NCBI GenBank assembly: GCA_963813335.1
Contig: CAWEYL010000001.1
Coordinates: forward strand, 960,001-1,024,000
DNA: 64,000 nt
Direction: 5' to 3'
Source of the DNA: an uncultured Chloroflexia bacterium
GTDB taxonomy: Bacteria > Chloroflexota > Limnocylindria > Limnocylindrales > CSP1-4
The notes beneath the pieces were generated by a model that saw only the letters and a list, made by a program, of their open reading frames with translations, was not told the origin of the DNA and searched no databases. The translations under genes were made by a program, and so were the position numbers. This document shows, piece by piece, positions 58,581-64,000 of the stretch. Positions within the stretch are counted from its first letter, which is position 1. Every line of letters begins with the position of its first letter.

Positions 58581-60013
58581 GCGCCGCGCCTCGGGACCAG
58601 GCGACGCCAGCCGCGCGGCGCCGTGGGAAGCGGTGGGGGCTCCACGCCCTTGTCGGAGAGCGCGAGCAGCAGCCCGATGACCACGGCGTTCGCCAGCAGC
58701 GAGGAACCGCCGTAGCTGATGAACGGCAGGGTGACGCCGGTGAGCGGCAGGACCTTCAGGTTGCCGGCCGCGATGATGAACGCCTGGATGCCGATCACCA
58801 GCGAGAGCCCGACGGCCAGGAGCGAGCGGAAGTCGTCGGCGGCGGCCGCGCCGATCCGGAACCCGCGCTCGACGACCACGAGGTAGAGGCCCAGGATCGC
58901 GACCACGCCCATGACCCCGAGCTCCTCGCCGAGGGCGGCGAGGGGGAAGTCCGTGTGGATCTCGGGGATCGGCGGCGCACCGTCGATCGTCGGCAGCCCG
59001 GCGCCCAGGCCGACGCCGACCAGGCCGCCGCGGGCGAAGGCATGGAGCGCCTGGACCACCTGGTAGCCGGTGCCGAGCGGGTCGGCGAAGGGGTCGACCC
59101 AGACGGCGATGCGCACCCGGACGTGGTCGAACAGGAGCGCCATCAGCAGGCTGCCGAGGATGAACAGGACGAAGCCGATCACGACCAGGCTGACCCGGCC
59201 CGTCGCCACGTACACGAGCGCGAGGAACACGCCGAAGAAGAGCAGCGCCGCGCCCAGGTCACGCTGGACGACCACGATGCCGAGGGCGATCGCCCACATC
59301 GCGACCATCGGGAGCAGGTACGGGACCGGCGGCAGGCGGACCGGGCCGATCCGGGTGTCCTGCTCCATGAGGAGGGCACGGTTCTCCGACAGGTAGCCCG
59401 CGAGGAAGACCACCAGGATCACCTTCAGGATCTCCGATGGCTGGCCGCTGAACGGTCCGATCGACAGCGTCAGCCGCGAGCCGTTGACATCCGAGCCGAA
59501 GAGGAAGGTGAGCAGCAGCAGGCCGACGCCGATCGCCGCCCACGTGTACTTGTAGCGGCGCAGCCACGCGTCGGAGCGGACGACGATCGCCAGAGTGGTC
59601 AGGATCGAGACCGCGAGGACGAGCCAGACCAGCTGGACCTGGGCGAGCCCCAGCGTCATGCCGAAGACGTCCTGGGTCACCAGGTCCTGCGGCAGCCGCT
59701 GCATCAGGAGCAACGAGATCCCGCCGAGCAGCCCGACGACCGGCAGCAGGATCTGGTCCGTCCGACGTCCCGCCAGCACCTGGGCCAGGTGCGCGCCGAG
59801 CAGCGCCACGAGATAGATGACGAGACCGCGCGGGTCGGCCAGACCGAGCGTCCCGTCGATCGTCGTGCCGAGCGAGAGGCTGCCCACGACGAGCGCGACG
59901 CCGACCAGGGCCAGCAGGCGAGCCTCCTGCCAGCGCCATCGCGGCCGGATCGGCCCGAGGACGCGCGGCAGGGCGGGCGCCGGACGGACGGCGCCGCTGG
60001 GGCCCGCGGTCAT
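58577..60013 (-). CDS. rodA: SEDS-family RodA/FtsW
   Basis: QPSEILK, QRDLG, GYQ, PEIHTDF, EELG, PLTGVTLPFISYGGSS. Confidence 0.92.
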   Translation of the reverse strand: MTAGPSGAVRPAPALPRVLGPIRPRWRWQEARLLALVGVALVVGSLSLGTTIDGTLGLADPRGLVIYLVALLGAHLAQVLAGRRTDQILLPVVGLLGGISLLLMQRLPQDLVTQDVFGMTLGLAQVQLVWLVLAVSILTTLAIVVRSDAWLRRYKYTWAAIGVGLLLLTFLFGSDVNGSRLTLSIGPFSGQPSEILKVILVVFLAGYLSENRALLMEQDTRIGPVRLPPVPYLLPMVAMWAIALGIVVVQRDLGAALLFFGVFLALVYVATGRVSLVVIGFVLFILGSLLMALLFDHVRVRIAVWVDPFADPLGTGYQVVQALHAFARGGLVGVGLGAGLPTIDGAPPIPEIHTDFPLAALGEELGVMGVVAILGLYLVVVERGFRIGAAAADDFRSLLAVGLSLVIGIQAFIIAAGNLKVLPLTGVTLPFISYGGSSLLANAVVIGLLLALSDKGVEPPPLPTAPRGWRRLVPRRGA

Positions 60014-60026
60014 CGCCGCCGTCCCA

Positions 60027-60464
60027 TCAGCGGCGCGGCCGCTCGAGCCGCATCCGGACCTGGCCCACCTGGATCTCATCGCCGAAGCCGAGCGCGGCGA
60101 CGCCCTCGATCCGGTGGCCGTTCACGTAGGTGCCGTTGGTGCTGGCGAGGTCCTCGACGTACCAGGCCCGGCCGCGGTAGGTCAGGATCGCGTGCTCCGC
60201 GGAGGCGAACGGGTCCTCGATGACGATGGCGTTGTTGACGTCTCGTCCCATCGTCGTGATCGCATCGAGCCCGAAAGACGACCCGCTCGGCGGCTCTCCC
60301 GCCGGCGAGGCGACGATGACGAGCCGGCCCGCCACGGCGGCGCCTTCCCGCGTGGCCGCGCGCAGGTCGCGCAGCAGGACCAGGACGACCCGTGCCAGGA
60401 AGAGGTAGAGGAGGCCGAGGAAGAGGAAGCGGATCGCCCAGAGGACCAGCAGCGAGCCGTCCAT
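60027..60464 (-). CDS. FHA-domain protein with N-terminal TM (FhaB-like)
   Basis: TM helix, MGRD, ASAEHA, EDLASTNGTYVN. Confidence 0.9.
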   Translation of the reverse strand: MDGSLLVLWAIRFLFLGLLYLFLARVVLVLLRDLRAATREGAAVAGRLVIVASPAGEPPSGSSFGLDAITTMGRDVNNAIVIEDPFASAEHAILTYRGRAWYVEDLASTNGTYVNGHRIEGVAALGFGDEIQVGQVRMRLERPRR

Positions 60465-61240
60465 CAGGCCTGTGCCTCGTCCACCTCGACCTCGAGCACG
60501 CACCCGCCGATGCGGATCCGGTCGCCCGCACCCAGGACCACCTCCGTCACCCGTGTCCCGTTGACCTCGCTGCCGTTGGTGCTCCCGAGATCCGAGTACA
60601 TCAGCGTCCCGCGCCGGCCGCCGATCCGCCCGTGATGGCGCGAGACCCGCTCGTCGCGCAGGACCAGATCGTTGTCGGTGGCGCGCCCGATGGTCAGCCC
60701 GGTCCAGATCTCGACCTGGCGGATCCCGCCCGACGAGTCATGGACGCGCAGCCGTGCCGCGGGGATCGACGGCCGCGGCACCTGGAAGACGAGCGTGTGG
60801 GTCGGGTCCGCGGTCGCGTCCCCGGAGGTCGCTCGATCGGCGTCCCGGGGCGCGCCGGATCGCCCCGCGATGGGGTCGACGAACCTTGCATCGACGCGGA
60901 TGTCGCTGCGCTCGACCGTCGGGTCGGCGAGCAGGTCGACCTGTGGCCGGTCGACGAGGGTGTAGTGGTGCGCCCGGGCGAAGACGAGCGCCTCGTCGGC
61001 GAGCTCGGCCGCCAGCGAGTGCTCCATGTCCGCGAATCCCTCGAGATCGACCGGGTTCAGGCGAACGATGAACCGGTTGGGAACCAGCGTGCGGTCGGAC
61101 GCGGCGAGCCGCTCGGCTTCCATCGCCCGCTCGATCCGACGCTGCAGTTGCACGGGCTGCATCCGGGTGCGGAACAGACGAGCCGACGGGCGCTCGAAGA
61201 GGCGTTCGAAGAACCGCTCGATGGCGGTCAGCGGCGGCAT
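60464..61240 (-). CDS. DUF3662 + FHA protein (FhaA-like)
   Basis: ERFFERLFE..QPVQL..LVPNRF; IGRA, VSRHHG, DLGSTNGS. Confidence 0.88.
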   Translation of the reverse strand: MPPLTAIERFFERLFERPSARLFRTRMQPVQLQRRIERAMEAERLAASDRTLVPNRFIVRLNPVDLEGFADMEHSLAAELADEALVFARAHHYTLVDRPQVDLLADPTVERSDIRVDARFVDPIAGRSGAPRDADRATSGDATADPTHTLVFQVPRPSIPAARLRVHDSSGGIRQVEIWTGLTIGRATDNDLVLRDERVSRHHGRIGGRRGTLMYSDLGSTNGSEVNGTRVTEVVLGAGDRIRIGGCVLEVEVDEAQA

Positions 61241-61414
61241 GGGTGGTGGCGGAGTCTATCAGAGGCCCGGCGCGACGCCCCTCTCGCGTCCGGGACCATC
61301 GCCGCAGGACCCGGTACCCCCGTGTGAGGAACGGCCGGACCCCTCCGATATACTCTGGCCTCCGTTCGGGGTCGTCGGTCCGCCCCGGCGTTCTCCACGC
61401 GAACCGGGGGCCCG

Positions 61415-63004
61415 ATGCCCGAAACCCTGACTGAGTCGTTCTGCGAGCGGTGCGGCTCTCGGTATACGTTCGAGTCTGCCGCGCCGAAACAGCGGATGCG
61501 CGGCATGCGCGTCCTGTCGCGCGGTGTCAAGAACTTCGTCCTCGACGACAAGACCTCGTTCGACGAGGCGATGGCGGTCGCCCGGATGGACACCGATCGC
61601 GAGTCCACCAACGCCCAGCTAGACGCGTTCCACAAGACCTTCAACTTCTGCATGGAGTGCCGGCAGTACACCTGCCCGAACTGCTGGAACGAGGTCGAGG
61701 GCCGCTGCCTCGGCTGCGCGCCGATGCTCGTGGACGTCGGGCCGGCCGCCGGTCCGTCGCCGTTCCTGGCACCGCTCGCGACGCCGCTCAGCACCCCGAC
61801 CAACGGCGCCACAGCCACGAACGGCCACGCCCTGGTCGAGCCCGACGCGGAATTCGACCCCCTCGCGCGCCTCGCCTTCCTGACCGCCGCCGCGCCGCCC
61901 GCGACCGAGCCGGAGGTGGTCGACCCGGAACCGATGGCCGCAGGCTCGCCCGTCGTGCCTCCGAGCGAGGTCGCGCCCGTCGAGCCAGTCCTCGAGCCGG
62001 GACTCGTCGAGGCCGAGCCCGTCGTCAGCGCGCCCGCGGCACCATTCGTCGCAGCGCTCGTCGAACCGGATCTCGTGATCGCCCAGGAACCGCTCCTGGA
62101 GCCCGAGCCGGAGCTGGTCGCCCAGCCGGCACCTGAGCCGGTCGCCGAGCCGGCGGAGCCGATCCCTGCCGCGGCCACGAGCGAGGTCGAACCGGCAGCC
62201 GAGGTCAGTCCGGCGCCACGCGTCGAGCTCGAGCCCGAGCAGTTCGCCAGCAAGATCGTCGTCACCGACCCGGCGGATCCGACCACTGACCGCGCCGCCG
62301 CCGCGGCCGCGCGGACGTCGATCATGTTCACGGCCATGCGCCCGGGGCAGAGCCTTGATGAGGCGATCGCCGAATACGACGAGGCCACGGTCGAGCCGGA
62401 GCCTGCTGCCGCCGAGCCTGCTGCCGCCGAGCCTGCTGCCGCCGAGCCCGCTGCCGCGGCCGAGCCCGAGCCCGTCGCCGTGGCCGAGCCCGCTGCCGCG
62501 GCCGAGCCCGAGCCCGTCGCCGTGCCTGAGCCTGTCGCCGCGGCCGCGCCCGAGCCTGCCGCCGCGGTCGTGCCGGAGCCTGCCGCGCCCGAGCCCATCG
62601 CTCCCGAGCCGGTCGTCGTGCCGCCCGCGCCGGTCGCCGTCGAACCGCCCGTGGTCGAGGCCCCCGGTGTCGCCGCAGCCGCGATCGCCGCCTCAGTGGC
62701 GCCGGTCGACGTCGTCGCGCAGCCGACCTGGTCCGTCATGGCCCCGGACCCCGATCAGCCGTCGCCGACCTCGCCCGAGTGGCCCAACCAGCAGCCCGCC
62801 CCCGGCCTGCCGTTCCTCGGCCGACCGGCCGTCCCGACCGGCGGCGTCGACGCCCTGTGGGCCGCGTCGAGCCAGCAGGTGGGCGCCCCGTCCCCCGCGA
62901 CCCCCGGGCCCGTCGGCGGCGTCCAGGAATGCCTCAGCTGCGGCCTGTCACTCTCGGCCACCGCCCGGTTCTGCCGGCGGTGCGGGAGCGCCCAGCACCG
63001 CTGA
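61415..63004 (+). CDS. Hypothetical protein with Cys-rich zinc-binding termini and a long Pro/Ala/Glu linker
   Basis: CERC, CMEC..CPNC..CLGC at the N-terminus; CLSC..FCRRC zinc ribbon at the C-terminus. Confidence 0.78.
   Translation: MPETLTESFCERCGSRYTFESAAPKQRMRGMRVLSRGVKNFVLDDKTSFDEAMAVARMDTDRESTNAQLDAFHKTFNFCMECRQYTCPNCWNEVEGRCLGCAPMLVDVGPAAGPSPFLAPLATPLSTPTNGATATNGHALVEPDAEFDPLARLAFLTAAAPPATEPEVVDPEPMAAGSPVVPPSEVAPVEPVLEPGLVEAEPVVSAPAAPFVAALVEPDLVIAQEPLLEPEPELVAQPAPEPVAEPAEPIPAAATSEVEPAAEVSPAPRVELEPEQFASKIVVTDPADPTTDRAAAAAARTSIMFTAMRPGQSLDEAIAEYDEATVEPEPAAAEPAAAEPAAAEPAAAAEPEPVAVAEPAAAAEPEPVAVPEPVAAAAPEPAAAVVPEPAAPEPIAPEPVVVPPAPVAVEPPVVEAPGVAAAAIAASVAPVDVVAQPTWSVMAPDPDQPSPTSPEWPNQQPAPGLPFLGRPAVPTGGVDALWAASSQQVGAPSPATPGPVGGVQECLSCGLSLSATARFCRRCGSAQHR
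62399..62600 (+). repeat. Coding tandem repeats (EPAAA)n
   Basis: GAGCCTGCTGCCGCC three times (62399-62443), then a 39-nt unit repeated at 62444 and 62486. Confidence 0.85.
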
Positions 63005-63871
63005 CCCATCGCCGGCCGCGACCGACGCCGGCACGCCCTCATCCCGGACCCGGACCCACGCCGCCCCGTAGAGCAGCGCCTGGAACGAGAACGACAGCCA
63101 GGCGAGCGCCACGAACGCGGTCGCCAGTGACCCGACGATCGCGGCGGCTCCGACCAGCAGCGGAACCAGGAACGCGAAGACCTGGCTGAGGACCACGATC
63201 GTCACGGCCGCGACCGCGGCAGGCAACCAGACCGCGGACCAGCTGGGTGCGCGTGGTGGCACGGTGCGGTAGATGAGGACGACGATCCCGATCGCCGCGG
63301 AGATGAGGACCGGCCAGGCCGTCAGGAACCCGCTCAGGGTCCGGCCGGCGGGGATCGCCTCGGGCACGAGCCCCGCGAGCGCGGTGGAGACCGTGATCGC
63401 GACGATCAGCATGACGACCGCGCCGATCAGGATGGCCACCCACAGGAACCCGCGAGCCGTGCGATGGAACACGTCGCGTTCCGGGTGGTCGTTCCAGATC
63501 CGCGAGAACGCGACGTCGAGCGCCACGTACAGCTGGCTCACGCCCCAGATCGTGCCGGCGAGGCCGACGACCGACGTCAGGGCGGCACCGGACACCAATG
63601 ACCGCAGCGTGTCCTCGATCAGTTCCGCCAAGGGCGGGACGAGCGACTCGAGTGCGTCGGCGACGGCCCGCTGGATCGCCGGGTCCTGGGCCAGCCACCC
63701 GGTGAGCCCGAGCGTGAGCAGCATGATGGGAACGGCCGTGAAGAGCGCCGCGTAGGCGAGCCCGTTGGAGAGGAGGCCGCCGGTGGCGCGCCCGTACGTG
63801 TCGAGGACGGCCAGGATGAACGCGATGCGCGGCCGGGCGAGGACGCGCTGGATGGCGGCTCCCGGGTCCAT
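62948..63871 (-). CDS. YihY/virulence factor BrkB-family membrane protein
   Basis: LAYAALFTAVP, ALDVAFSRIW, IYRTVP, LAWL..QALLYGA; multiple TM helices. Confidence 0.85.
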   Translation of the reverse strand: MDPGAAIQRVLARPRIAFILAVLDTYGRATGGLLSNGLAYAALFTAVPIMLLTLGLTGWLAQDPAIQRAVADALESLVPPLAELIEDTLRSLVSGAALTSVVGLAGTIWGVSQLYVALDVAFSRIWNDHPERDVFHRTARGFLWVAILIGAVVMLIVAITVSTALAGLVPEAIPAGRTLSGFLTAWPVLISAAIGIVVLIYRTVPPRAPSWSAVWLPAAVAAVTIVVLSQVFAFLVPLLVGAAAIVGSLATAFVALAWLSFSFQALLYGAAWVRVRDEGVPASVAAGDGSAVLGAPAPPAEPGGGRE

Positions 63872-63882
63872 GGGCGCCGGGG

Positions 63883-64000
63883 TCAGCTCCCGATGTCGCT
63901 GAAGAGACCCGGCTGCAGCGCATCGGCGCGGACGCGCCGCGGGGCCGCGATCAACGCCTTGACCTCGCCGCGCCGGACGTAGCGTCGGCCGCCGAGCTTG
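63883..64000 (-). CDS. C-terminal fragment of a small protein, possibly excisionase-like HTH (5' end off the window)
   Basis: KLGGRRYVRRGEVKALIAAPRR...QPGLFSDIGS-stop resembles the wing of HTH_17 domains. Confidence 0.45.
   Translation of the reverse strand, partial: KLGGRRYVRRGEVKALIAAPRRVRADALQPGLFSDIGS

Noticed and set aside
62399-62600. Repeat region as a CRISPR array
   Set aside because: These are in-frame coding repeats without unique spacers, and there are no cas genes; the nuclease at 38777 is fused to a helicase and is not Cas4.

Overview
Very GC-rich, gene-dense bacterial chromosome segment that looks like core genome. The gene mix (comM-dprA...topA-xerC-murJ, trpB2, DUF4446, mrfAB-like helicase/nuclease, fhaA/fhaB-rodA-pbpA, two receiver-ParA/CpaE proteins) suggests Chloroflexota, possibly Limnocylindria-like; this is an inference. 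It holds about 55 CDS, mostly on the minus strand, one tRNA with a CAT anticodon and one vapBC toxin-antitoxin pair. I see no CRISPR array, rRNA, transposase or prophage. Four single-base insertions (topA, a membrane protein gene, DUF4446, rarA) are probably assembly errors, and one of them creates a false-looking TopA-XerC fusion. The most notable unexplained signals: (1) four direct repeats at exact 11-bp spacing just upstream of the comM-dprA promoter; (2) many leaderless-type promoters (TANNNT, then 6-8 nt, then the start codon); (3) a stand-alone DnaB-like ATPase lacking the N-terminal domain; (4) two receiver-ParA paralogs with complementary motif degeneracy; (5) a methyltransferase in frame with agmatinase across a single TGA, with no standard start codon; (6) a LexA-like box before mrfAB. 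I cannot claim a clearly novel multi-gene system. All protein calls come from reading motifs by eye, not from database searches.
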